A stretch of DNA of 64,000 bases from Macrostomum hystrix (taxonomy: Eukaryota > Animalia > Platyhelminthes). This document shows positions 36,861 to 46,483 of this stretch, piece after piece; the first letter of the stretch is position 1, and every line of letters starts with the position of its first letter. The position numbers were made by a program, and so were the translations under genes. Location of the stretch: NCBI GenBank assembly GCA_950097015.1, contig CATNEN010000038.1:29698001-29762000 (forward strand). The letters run 5' to 3'. A model generated the notes under the pieces. The model was given only the letters and a program-made list of their open reading frames with translations, made no database searches and was not told where the DNA came from.

Positions 36861-37632
36861 CTGTAGGTTATTTATCAAGAAACTAAGTGATGATTTATAA
36901 TCCGAACATATTTCATTTATTTTTAATTTACTTTAATTGGATTTTTTGAACAGCTGTGCTTTAATATATGTATTGTATAGTAAATTCCATTGTACGAGTA
37001 ATAATGTGATTGTATTCTCGCTGTATTAACTTTTTGTAGCTTCTATGCTTTATGTTTATGAAAAAAAATCGAAATAATTTCTTTTTAGTGCCTAGTTACA
37101 AAGCCTTTTGATAGCAAATTTATAGACTACATAATTCTAACTGATTATTTAAATCTTTGCGAGTTCGCTTTCTTTAATTCATTCCGTCCGCTGGCTGTGA
37201 CATCGGTTCTTTAATACGTTTTTTTATCAAAAATGTTTCTTTATAAATTTTGAATGCATGTTAAATACACGTTTAACAATTGTATTTTTAGTTATACCAC
37301 TGCACTATAGTTTCTTAATTTCTTACTTGTTATGTTGGAATATACTTTAGAGTTTGTTTGTTAAGTAGAAAACAGTTGCCTTCAATTCGACTGAATTTGG
37401 TGCCCAAACTGGAATTAAACCACGAAGTAAGTTTACTATACTATTTCTGTAACATTTTATTATTTTTCTGTTTTGACTTAACACATGAGTCTTAGTTAGA
37501 ATTGTTGCTAACATTATAAGCTTGATTTAGAATTATATAAACGCGGCGATAACCTTATCTGTAATCAAAACAGAAACTTTTATTAGTATCGGAGTTAAAT
37601 AGGGTTTAAAAGGCCTTGAAATTTATTTAATT

Positions 37633-37700
37633 GTGATGAAATTTTATTTAACAAAGAAATCACTTATGATTGAAACTCAAAGCTGATTTAATGAGACTGA
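37633..37700 (+). ncRNA. SNORD57: box C/D snoRNA family A copy 1 (SNORD57/snR51-like, 18S Am99/100 guide)
   Basis: C box GTGATGA; guide AGCTGATTTAATGAG antisense to 18S CUCAUUAAAUCAG; D box CTGA. Confidence 0.88.
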
Positions 37701-37890
37701 TATTTAGACACCTGTCATTTCAAATGCAGATCATAATCCATACGTTCAGTGTATAATTAAAGTGCTGTTAACTCTTTTCTTTTCAGACTTAAACTGTGAA
37801 AATATTCATTACAAACACACGATGGTAAGCTTGTTAAGCGTGTTTATTACTATAAGTAGCGCATAAGTATATATATTGTTTAAAAAGCGA

Positions 37891-37973
37891 ATGATGACAA
37901 TTGAACAGTTGACTCAGTGACACCCAATTAAGGGTTCATTGTAATTCACTTGATATTAACCCCAGCTCTCTGA
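37891..37973 (+). ncRNA. box C/D snoRNA family B copy 1
   Basis: ATGATGA ... TTGAACAG-TTGA ... TTAACCCCAGCTCT-CTGA; short terminal stem GCGA/TCGT. Confidence 0.88.
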
Positions 37974-38074
37974 TCGTTTAATCTGGACATTTTAATTTCT
38001 TTGCAATCGTATTTGTTTAAGCTTACTGTTTACTATAAGTAGCACGTTAGCGTATTTTTGTTATAAACACTATC

Positions 38075-38157
38075 GTGATGACAATTGAACAGTTGACTCA
38101 GTGACACCCAATTAAGGGTTCATTGTAATTCACTTGATATTAACCCCAGCTCTCTGA
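38075..38157 (+). ncRNA. box C/D snoRNA family B copy 2
   Basis: GTGATGA...CTGA; interior appears identical to copy 1. Confidence 0.87.
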
Positions 38158-38440
38158 TGTGGTAGTCTGTTAGCATTCGTCTGTATTTAAGCCGATATAA
38201 TATGTATATATATTTATTTAATTCTTTGTTTTTCTATTTTCAGATTGCATTATGAACAGTTCGACAACTGCTTTTCTCCTAGTGTAAGTAAAATTACTAG
38301 TATTTTGCGAATCATTTCCTCTTTTCTATTTCGAAATAAGAGATACGATATGGAGAAATGAGACACTGAATAGATTGACTTAAAGCTGACTCAATGCTTT
38401 AACATCTCTGAAAGACTATTCAATACTTAACCCTGAGTAG

Positions 38441-38533
38441 ATGATGACATTTGAACAGTAGAAGTGAGGTCGTCAATCACTGTCACTGATGTACCTTGCA
38501 AACTTAACCTTGATATTAACCCCAGCTCTCTGA
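38441..38533 (+). ncRNA. box C/D snoRNA family B copy 3
   Basis: ATGATGA...TTAACCCCAGCTCTCTGA. Confidence 0.85.
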
Positions 38534-38788
38534 CATACAATACCGAAATTTAGGTAGGATGATGATAATTTTGTTTAGATTTCTACTAAATTCCTGACCT
38601 GTTTAGTTTATTTATATCATTGCAGAAATCTCCGTGGTGTCACAATATTCAAGTAAGTTGAAATCTACTTAGTAATTGTTATTACTTACCTACCCGATCC
38701 TATTTCACTCGTTGTAAAAGCCAATGTTGATATCCAAGTAGAAGCAGCTGCTAGACAATGTTTTAAAGGCCTTAAGATTTAGTTAATT

Positions 38789-38856
38789 GTGATGAAATTG
38801 TATTTAACAAAGAAATCACTTATGATTTAAATTTAAAGCTGATTTAATGAGACTGA
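38789..38856 (+). ncRNA. SNORD57: box C/D snoRNA family A copy 2
   Basis: GTGATGA...AGCTGATTTAATGAGACTGA. Confidence 0.88.
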
Positions 38857-39049
38857 TATTCAAATGTATGTTATTTAAACTGCAGATTATGTAAATACTA
38901 GGCTAATATAATTTACATTATCTTCTTAATTTTCTTGTTTTTTAGGCAGGAAGCAGTTCCGACCTCTATTAAAAAACATAACACGGTAAGTGCTAAGCAA
39001 GTTTTTTTAGTTTTAAGTAGCATATAAGTATATACTATTAAAAAAGCGA

Positions 39050-39133
39050 ATGATGACAATTGAACAGTTGACTCAGTGACACCCTAATTAAGGGTTCATT
39101 GTAATTCACTTGATATTAACCCCAGCTCTCTGA
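39050..39133 (+). ncRNA. box C/D snoRNA family B copy 4
   Basis: ATGATGA...TTAACCCCAGCTCTCTGA; terminal stem GCGA/TCGT. Confidence 0.87.
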
Positions 39134-39381
39134 TCGTTTAATATGGAATATATATAGATAATAGTTTTTATACGTCGTGTTGTGTTCATAATAGTAAAAT
39201 ATTATTATGTCTTCAGTTGATAAAGACTCTACTCATTAAAACGAATATTTTAAGTCATTTTATTCTTATTTTAATTTCAATTCTTTTAGAACGAACCAAC
39301 GGATCGGTAAACTATTGGGTAAGATTTAAGAACTATGATTATAATGCTCATTTTGTTTTTGCTTTTTGTCGATGCTTTATT

Positions 39382-39453
39382 GTGATGACTATTCTAGTTT
39401 ATCATGATTGTTTTCCACGGTGATTATTACAAAAGCTGATTTAATGAGACTGA
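39382..39453 (+). ncRNA. SNORD57: box C/D snoRNA family A copy 3
   Basis: GTGATGA...AGCTGATTTAATGAGACTGA. Confidence 0.86.
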
Positions 39454-39647
39454 TAATTTTTCACCGATTGCTGTTAAGCTTTAATCTATTTTAAAACTAT
39501 GAAAATTGAACTGTTGAATATTATTTTGTCATTTTTAGATTCTAACAAATTCAATTTAACAAGTACGACAACTACTTACTTCATAACGTGAGTAGTACGA
39601 ATAGCATTTGTTAAAAGGGTGTTAAAAACCTTACAACTGAGGCTATT

Positions 39648-39716
39648 ATGATGAAATTGTAAATAACAAAGAAATCAATTTATGATTGCAATTCAAAGCT
39701 GATTTAATGAGACTGA
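39648..39716 (+). ncRNA. SNORD57: box C/D snoRNA family A copy 4
   Basis: ATGATGA...AGCTGATTTAATGAGACTGA. Confidence 0.87.
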
Positions 39717-39898
39717 TATTTAAACACCTATGGAATCTATGGAGCTTAGATTCCATAGTTAGTATATAATATCATTAAAGTGCTCTTCATTATATCTTTT
39801 TCAGACTGAAAGCAGTTCCAAGAACACCAAGGTAAGTTTTAAGATTAGTTTTTTACTTTAAATAGGTCTAAGTATGATTTTTTTAAATAAAAAAACGA

Positions 39899-39982
39899 AT
39901 GATGACAATTGAACAGTTGAATCAGTGACATCCTAATTAAAGGTTCATTGTAATTCCCTTGATATTAACCCCAGCTCTCTGA
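39899..39982 (+). ncRNA. box C/D snoRNA family B copy 5
   Basis: ATGATGA...TTAACCCCAGCTCTCTGA. Confidence 0.87.
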
Positions 39983-40437
39983 TGTTGAAATCTGTAATCA
40001 ATATTTTTACAAGCTTCATTATAAAAAATTATTTCATCATTTTATTATCTTCTGTTTGTTTTAGATTGCATCATAGAGAAAAGTCTCGAAGATTCGTCTA
40101 CTACTTGTCTCTCTCATTGTAAGTAGTAATAATGGCATATTGCGAATATTATGTTACGCAAAATATAAAAATATAGAAACAGACTAAAGAGATGTGACAC
40201 TAGAGATACGAGAAATAGGAGAGATGAGAATCTATATTGTTCGGAGGATGAGACCGGTGAGACAGGACAGGGCAGAGATAATACAATAAGGTTTTATGCT
40301 ACAGGGGAGAGTTATGGGACTAGAGAGATTGAACAAGAGAGACATTTATAAAATCATGCTAGAACAATGACCTTCGGACCCTACTTTGTAATTACCAGCG
40401 TTTGTCGACCCACAATTTAAACACTTACCTAATTTGG

Positions 40438-40525
40438 ATGATGAATTTCGAACAGTTGAAGTGAAGTCATCAAACACTGATGTACTTCTACGAACTAAAT
40501 TTTGATATTAACCCCAGCTCTCTGA
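40438..40525 (+). ncRNA. box C/D snoRNA family B copy 6
   Basis: ATGATGA...TTAACCCCAGCTCTCTGA; interior resembles copy 3. Confidence 0.85.
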
Positions 40526-40845
40526 TATTAGTGAAGGAATCTAGAAAAGTAATATTTTTACTAAAACCGTGTTCTGTAATCTGTCCTCTTCAATTTTCAG
40601 TGCTCAGTATATGGCCCTTGTAACACATCACATTGTTTTCATGTAAGTATTTTATATGCGTAACATGATTAGTCATTCTGATAAATGTTACTGAACGATT
40701 GTCCGCAATACAGTCAATGTTTTTTTAGTTTTCTAGAATTTTCTGATATAAAATAGTCAAGGTTTTACTACTTATTAAACGCAACTTGAGTAGTGTGTAT
40801 GAATTTTCGAAGTTGTTTTAGTGACAGCAGTAATATCTGTCCCTC

Positions 40846-40901
40846 GTGATGAAAATTGAACAGTTGACTTCAAAACATTGATAATAACCCCAGCTCTCTG
40901 A
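40846..40901 (+). ncRNA. box C/D snoRNA family B copy 7 (short, 56 nt)
   Basis: GTGATGA-AAATTGAACAG-TTGA...TAACCCCAGCTCT-CTGA. Confidence 0.8.
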
Positions 40902-41089
40902 AAATAACAACTAGTTAGCAGCTTAATTACGCATTATAATTTGTCAAGTTAACTTTCATAACAGCCAATTATTTTCGTTTTAGATTCATAAGAAATCCGA
41001 CGGAAAACACTGCTTTCGATTATGTAACAACAAGTAAGTTCATCAATTGTATATTTTTGTAAACAACTTTTAATATAGATTGTTTTATC

Positions 41090-41161
41090 CTGATGATACT
41101 TATCATATAATGATAGTTTTGAATTTATTTGAAAATACAATAGCTGATTTAATGAGACTGA
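41090..41161 (+). ncRNA. SNORD57: box C/D snoRNA family A copy 5
   Basis: CTGATGA...AGCTGATTTAATGAGACTGA. Confidence 0.82.
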
Positions 41162-41576
41162 ATTAACCCTAGAGTATTGCATCTACTGTTCAAACTTATG
41201 ATTTTCATGTCAGTCGCTAATAAAATGCTTTTATTTTGTTTTTATAGGTAATAACAACGAGACCGATATACCTTGGTGAGTAGCATGTCAAGTATTTGAC
41301 ATTTTTCTTCTTTTCATTAAAATTGTTTTATATATATGACTAGCTTTTTTTGCCCGTTGTTTTTGGGGCAGAAATTTAAAGCAAAGCAGTAAGCAATTCA
41401 CGTCTCTGTATTAACTTTATAGTGAAGGTCACCATTTATTTATTTACTGCATTAATGAAAAGTGAAGAGTTTGTTTAAGGGCGTTTTAAGTAAAAAATAA
41501 GTGAAAAGTTTGTCCAAACAGCCCCCTCTTGATTACTTCTTTAGAAACATGTCTCTTAGCCACTCCTCTATACAGT

Positions 41577-41838
41577 CAGTGGCAGATCCAGGAATTTTGT
41601 TTTGGGGCGGTCTGTCAGGGGAGCGCCATGAGAATCACAGAGGGCCGAAAAAGGGCGCCAGGAGCCAAGAAAAGGCGCCAGCGGCTGAAAAACGGGAGCC
41701 AGCGGCTGAAAAAGGGGCGCCAGCGGCCGAAAAGGGGCGCCAGTGCTGCGACTGGCGCCCCTGGTGGGGGCATCTTATTCCCATGATTAAAATTTAGGGG
41801 GGCGACTGCCCCCCCGCCCCCCCCTAAATCTGCCTCTG
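41577..41838. mobile_element. hAT-type MITE nested in the Helitron
   Basis: TIRs CAGTGGCAGAT / ATCTGCCTCTG; exact 8-bp TSD TATACAGT at 41569-41576 and 41839-41846. Confidence 0.85.
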
Positions 41839-41990
41839 TATACAGTATGCATGTACACGCGTAGACATAAAGAAAATAGCCATGACATAACAATAACAAT
41901 GTCAAAGAAACAAAATTAAACTGTTTCAGAGTTCAGAGTTAGACAGGTCAAGGTCAATTCGTGACTACTTTTCTATTAATTGCTTGCGAG

Positions 41991-42630
41991 TCATCTCAAG
42001 GCCTGGGGATACACCACATTCTTCGTTCTTCCCCTTGGTGCGAAAATGAATAGGCCAGCTGGAGTTCCAACACGGGAGCAGGCGACATAAAGCTGCCCAT
42101 GCGAGAAGCACGGAGTCTCCAGGTTGATGCCAGCCACCTTCAGCGACTGTCCCTGAGCCTTGTTAATAGTCATCGCAAAGCACACTCTCACAGGGAACTG
42201 CAGTCGCTTGAACTGAAATGGCAGGTCCGTGGGGATAATTGGAATCCGGGGAACGAACACAGACTCTCTTCTGCCAGATCCAGTCATTATCGTGGCCTCA
42301 ATCACGTGTGGGAAGAGCCGCCTGACTATCAGTCTGGTGCCGTTACACAGCCTTGGCGCATTCAGGTTGCGGAGGAGCATAATTGGTGCCCCAACTTTCA
42401 GCTGCAAGTTGTGCGATGGAGTTCCAGGAGGATCTAGAGAGTTCAGAAACTCAACAGGATACTCCACAGCGGTGTCATCAGTCAACGTTGTATCAATTGA
42501 CTTGTAGGTGAAAACTGCACCTGGCAACTCCTGAAGCAGTTGGTAGTTAATTTCGTTGGCGGCATCATTTCTAGGACACAGAATTGCCCTCTCTGACAGC
42601 CAGTCAACGTCAGCATATCGAGAGAAATAG
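41991..42630 (-). pseudogene. PIF1-like helicase C-terminal fragment of Helitron RepHel
   Basis: RAILCPRN, LKVGAPIMLLRNL..LCNGTRL, RLQFPVRVCFAMTINKAQGQSL, FSHGQLYVACSRV, TKNVVY. Confidence 0.92.
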
Positions 42631-43314
42631 GCTGGCTGGAGAGAAATATAAACCGGAGAGCCCTGCGCACTGGGACGCCACCGCACTCACCGCACTCAGT
42701 CTCAGTGCTGCTTGGGGGCCAGTAGACAGTCTAGGGGTTTGGGCTGTGTACATTCACGGCTTGAAATACAATGTACAGTCTGGGGCTTCGGCGCCCGGGG
42801 AAGGGAGGGGGTGGCTGTAATAAAATTTGGCCCGCAGAGTGGCGGAGGGGAGTTGGGGTGGCTGTCCTCGGAAAACAAAAAGTGACTCACTTTGAGATGA
42901 TGCAGCTTTGCTCTGGATTGAGTAGAGATGTTCAAAATTGACAGCATTGTTGGAAAACATGTAAAGTGTAAGTGGATCAAATTTGGAGAAAATCTGACAA
43001 AGTGGGGCGACGATATGTCGAATTGAGTGATTTTTTGACGATTTTTGAGCAGTTTTTTGCACTTTTGAGCAGGAAGGAAATGATTTTTCGGGAATTTGAG
43101 TAGCCTATTGCACTCAGCGTAGGTGGTTTAAGGTATGTGCAAAGTTTGGTGCGATTTGGTTCAGCGGTTTCGGCGTCTATAAAGACAAAAGGTTGCACAC
43201 ACACACACACACACAGACAGACAGAGTTTTCACTTTTATATATATAGATTGTCACTAGTGCAAAACCCCTTTTTATTTTTAACAAAAAACATATAACGAC
43301 TTAATAATTGTTTT

Positions 43315-43379
43315 CTGATGATATTTTAACTTTCAAGATCAATTCATGATTGATCTATAAGCTGATTTAATGAGACTGA
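43315..43379 (+). ncRNA. SNORD57: box C/D snoRNA family A copy 6
   Basis: CTGATGA...AGCTGATTTAATGAGACTGA. Confidence 0.82.
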
Positions 43380-43565
43380 TATGTTATTGTTGATTGTTTC
43401 ATTAGAAAAAGTAAAACTTAAAACTTTTTATGACACAATTTCAATAAAACCATATATTTTAGATATTTATTAATGGAATTCCAAATTCAAGCAAAGAAAA
43501 AAGTGCGCAAAAAGAAATGTAAGTTTTTCTTTTTTGTTACCTCCAACTTATTTTTTTAGGAAAAT

Positions 43566-43635
43566 ATGATGAAATTATTTATTGGTTTAATGATCTTATT
43601 TATGATTGATTGGAAAGCTGATTTAATGAGACTGA
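43566..43635 (+). ncRNA. SNORD57: box C/D snoRNA family A copy 7
   Basis: ATGATGA...AGCTGATTTAATGAGACTGA. Confidence 0.86.
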
Positions 43636-43828
43636 ACTTAAGTATTACCTATACTGATATAATATGATATACTATTATCAATAGTTTGACTATGATATTC
43701 TATAGGAAATATTCATATTTTTTCAGATATTCGAATAGTTCCAGCCACAATGCGCTCTCTTTGTAGAGTTCCAAGGTAAGCTGACACTTTTTTCTGACAT
43801 GTCATGCTTTAGACCGAAATAGCCACAC

Positions 43829-43881
43829 ATGATGACACTTGAACACTTGATATTTAAATGAAATTAACCCCAGCTCTCTGA
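43829..43881 (+). ncRNA. box C/D snoRNA family B copy 8 (short, 53 nt)
   Basis: ATGATGA-CACTTGAACAC-TTGA...TTAACCCCAGCTCT-CTGA. Confidence 0.8.
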
Positions 43882-44088
43882 AAATGAATAATAATTATGT
43901 TTCATTAATTTGTATTAATAAACAATTGTATAATATAGTTTTTTTCACCCCAAAAAATTTCAGATAAGTCGCGTCTTCAAGAGGTCTACATAGAAAACTT
44001 AATTAGTTGTAAAATCTGAAGGTTAAAATAGAATAGACATTATTGCATATATATATTAATCATAAGTGTTACAATTTATTAAATTTCT

Positions 44089-46110
44089 ATGTTTCAGCAA
44101 TCAGTAACTGGCGCATCGTTTGACGCGGCCGTTGCCAAATTCACTGAGAATCGTCTAATTGTTAAAGAATTTCCATCTAGCGCAGATGAAGGCGAAGATG
44201 CTCGACTTAAAGTTCGCGGTTTGCAGGCTAACATGGAAATTAGACCTGGCGATATGCTCATCAAAATACCCGTAGATATTATGTTAGTTCCGCCTTCGAT
44301 GCCGTCTAAAACTACGCCATTGTATCGCCTATCGTTAGCTCTGTACAATGAATTGATATCATTATCATCGATTGGTCATTTGGAACATGTTAGAGCTTGT
44401 CTATTCAAGTCTAACCATACAATGTCTGAGATAGTCGTAGAGGTTGCAGCTAGTGTTGAGGCTAGAATTCAGCTTCGTGATCAACTGTTTATTGGCGCTT
44501 GCGCTGATCAGCATGGCGAATCTCTTGGCTATGCGGCCAAGCTGCTGATTGGTCGGCTAGCCGAGCTGGCTTCTGATTGGCTAGCGTCTGTCCCTACGGA
44601 GAATGCGAATGCTGCCAATACTGTAGTGGAGCGAAAGCTGCTTTGGTTGGCTTGCTGCTATTGGACTAACACTAGGTTAGTGAGACTTATCATTACATAT
44701 AAATCAGTGACAGCAGTTAGTGGTTACAAAAAATCACTTTCATATTTTCATCGATGTCTAGGCATATCCATTGAATAGAGGCCACATCCTCGTATTAGTT
44801 CGCATCCTTGAATAAAACTTTTATCGCCAGCGTTTTTTATCGCCTTTTTTATCGCCATAGTTTCTATGGTCTTAGCATCAGCTCTTATACTTGTAGTTGT
44901 GTACAGTGTACACATATTATCGTCAGTGTACAGTGTGCACATCTTATCGTCAGTGTATAAGTGTACACAGCCTCTTACCGACAGAGTACATTGTACACAG
45001 TTTCTTAACGTCAGTGTACAGTGTACACATCTTATCGTCTGTCTATAAGTGTACACAGCTTCTTATCGTCAGAGTACATCGTACAAGGAGTTTCTTATCG
45101 TCAGAGTACATCGTACAAGGAGTTTCTTATCGTCAGAGTACATCGTACAAGGAGTTTCTTATCGTCAGAGTACATCGTACAAAGAGTTTCTTATCGTCAG
45201 AATACATCGTACAAAGAGTTTCTTATCGTCAGTGTACATCGTACAAAGAGTTTCTTATCGTCAGTGTACAGCGTGCATAACTTCTTATCATGAGTTCCCA
45301 GCGTGCCCAATCATCCTCAGCTGACTTATCCTGTCTAGCGCTTATCAAAACAAGACGGGTTGCGTTAGCAAAATTAAAAAAATACTTCTCCATTAAACTC
45401 ATTGCAGAGTGGTACATTGTCCCGGCTTAAACCAAATCGTCCTTGCGCCATATTTCGATCTGTTCAATCATTCACCAACTGTGTCGGTAGAGACCGCTTA
45501 TGACAGCGTCTCACGAAGCTTGGTGTTAATTACAAACACTGCCTACAAAGCTGGAGATCAGGTGTTCATTAACTATGGTAACCATAGCAACATGACGCTG
45601 CTAGTTGAGTACGACTTTGTACTGGGCCAAGCCCCGATTGCACATGATTGCGTGCCAATCGGATTGATCGATATGTCATCAATATCTACTAGACAGTTCA
45701 AATGCTATCTACAGCAGTTTACCAAAATGGGCATGTGCCCGCCAGCTGATGCACTTTTATGCGACGGACTAATGTTACTCAAGTACTTTCATTTGACAAT
45801 TGACGGGCCTAGTTACTATCTGTTGTTGTTGCTTTATCTCGCAGCTAAGACTGCTAGTGAATCGACCATAGGTCTCTCTGACATTGTTAGTTCTATGAGT
45901 GAAGATCAGTTGATTAATTCTTTAAGGAGCGATCTTATCGATTTGTATAATAGACTAAAAGCTCGTCTGATTCGCGACAGAAACATGTTAGCTCGTCTTG
46001 CTATTAAAATCAACTCGAATTCCACTCCGCTTGGTAGGTTGCTAGGCAACTGCATCACAGTGATAGATGTCTGGTGCAATATTGTCAATTGTCTGCTTGA
46101 TAATATGTGA
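44089..46110 (+). CDS. SETD4: SET-domain lysine methyltransferase, SETD4-like
   Basis: Exons 44089(or 44098)-44675 and 45408-46110. Motifs RGLQA..IRPGDMLIKIP, WTNTR, LAPYFDLFNH, GDQVFINYGNHSNMTLLVEYDF. Confidence 0.8.
44898..45285. repeat. ~32-bp minisatellite in the SETD4-like intron
   Basis: CTTATCGTCAGAGTACATCGTACAAGGAGTTT units. Confidence 0.85.
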
Positions 46111-46254
46111 CTCGCTGGATAAAGAGAAATAGTAATGCAAATTTCGAATGCGTCGATTTAAAAATTTTTGTGCTTTTAAATATTAACTTTTTTATTAAAT
46201 GTGTTCTTGCGAAAAAGTTCTGCGTATTTTTTAATTTCTTTTCTTTACATCCAC

Positions 46255-46430
46255 TCTGCCTCAACTTCCTCCGCAAATCCTCAGGCACTGGCACTTTCCT
46301 CCCCAAATCCCCAGGTAGTGGCACATTCCTTCCCAAATCACCAGGTAGTGGCGCATTCCTCCCCAAATCACCAGTTAGTGGCGCATTCCTCCCCAAATCC
46401 TCCGGTTCTTCCATGTACTGTTCCAGATCC
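46255..46430. repeat. 30-bp tandem repeat (~5 copies) between genes
   Basis: TTCCTCCCCAAATCACCAGGTAGTGGCGCA-type units. Confidence 0.8.
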
Positions 46431-46483
46431 TCACTGGAGGATGCCGCCATTATTATTATTATTATTATTTTCGCAATTTTCAG

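Larger units (their letters stand above)
41340..43248 (-). mobile_element. Helitron, deletion derivative keeping only the helicase C-terminus; inserted in a snoRNA-host intron
   Basis: On the minus strand: A|TC at 43248 and hairpin TGCCC..GGGCA plus CTAG|T at 41340. Ends nearly identical to 12378-18166. Confidence 0.93.
37400..44085 (+). ncRNA. non-coding snoRNA host gene with micro-exons
   Basis: Donor at 37427, then short exons bounded by yAG and GTRAG: 37787-37824, 38244-38283, 38626-38652, 38946-38985, 39290-39318, 39539-39587, 39805-39831, 40065-40118, 40601-40642, 40984-41033, 41248-41275, 43463-43518, 43727-43775; last acceptor at 43963. Each intron holds a C/D snoRNA. Transcript ends are uncertain. 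Confidence 0.85.

Noticed and set aside
40250-40268. AGACCGGTGAGACAGG resembling 28S AGACCGUCGUGAGACAGG
   Set aside because: Short, gapped match inside a GA-rich low-complexity tract.
37633-43881. Short conserved repeats with unique spacers, superficially CRISPR-like
   Set aside because: Eukaryotic context, irregular spacing, no cas genes; the repeats are fully explained as guide plus D box.
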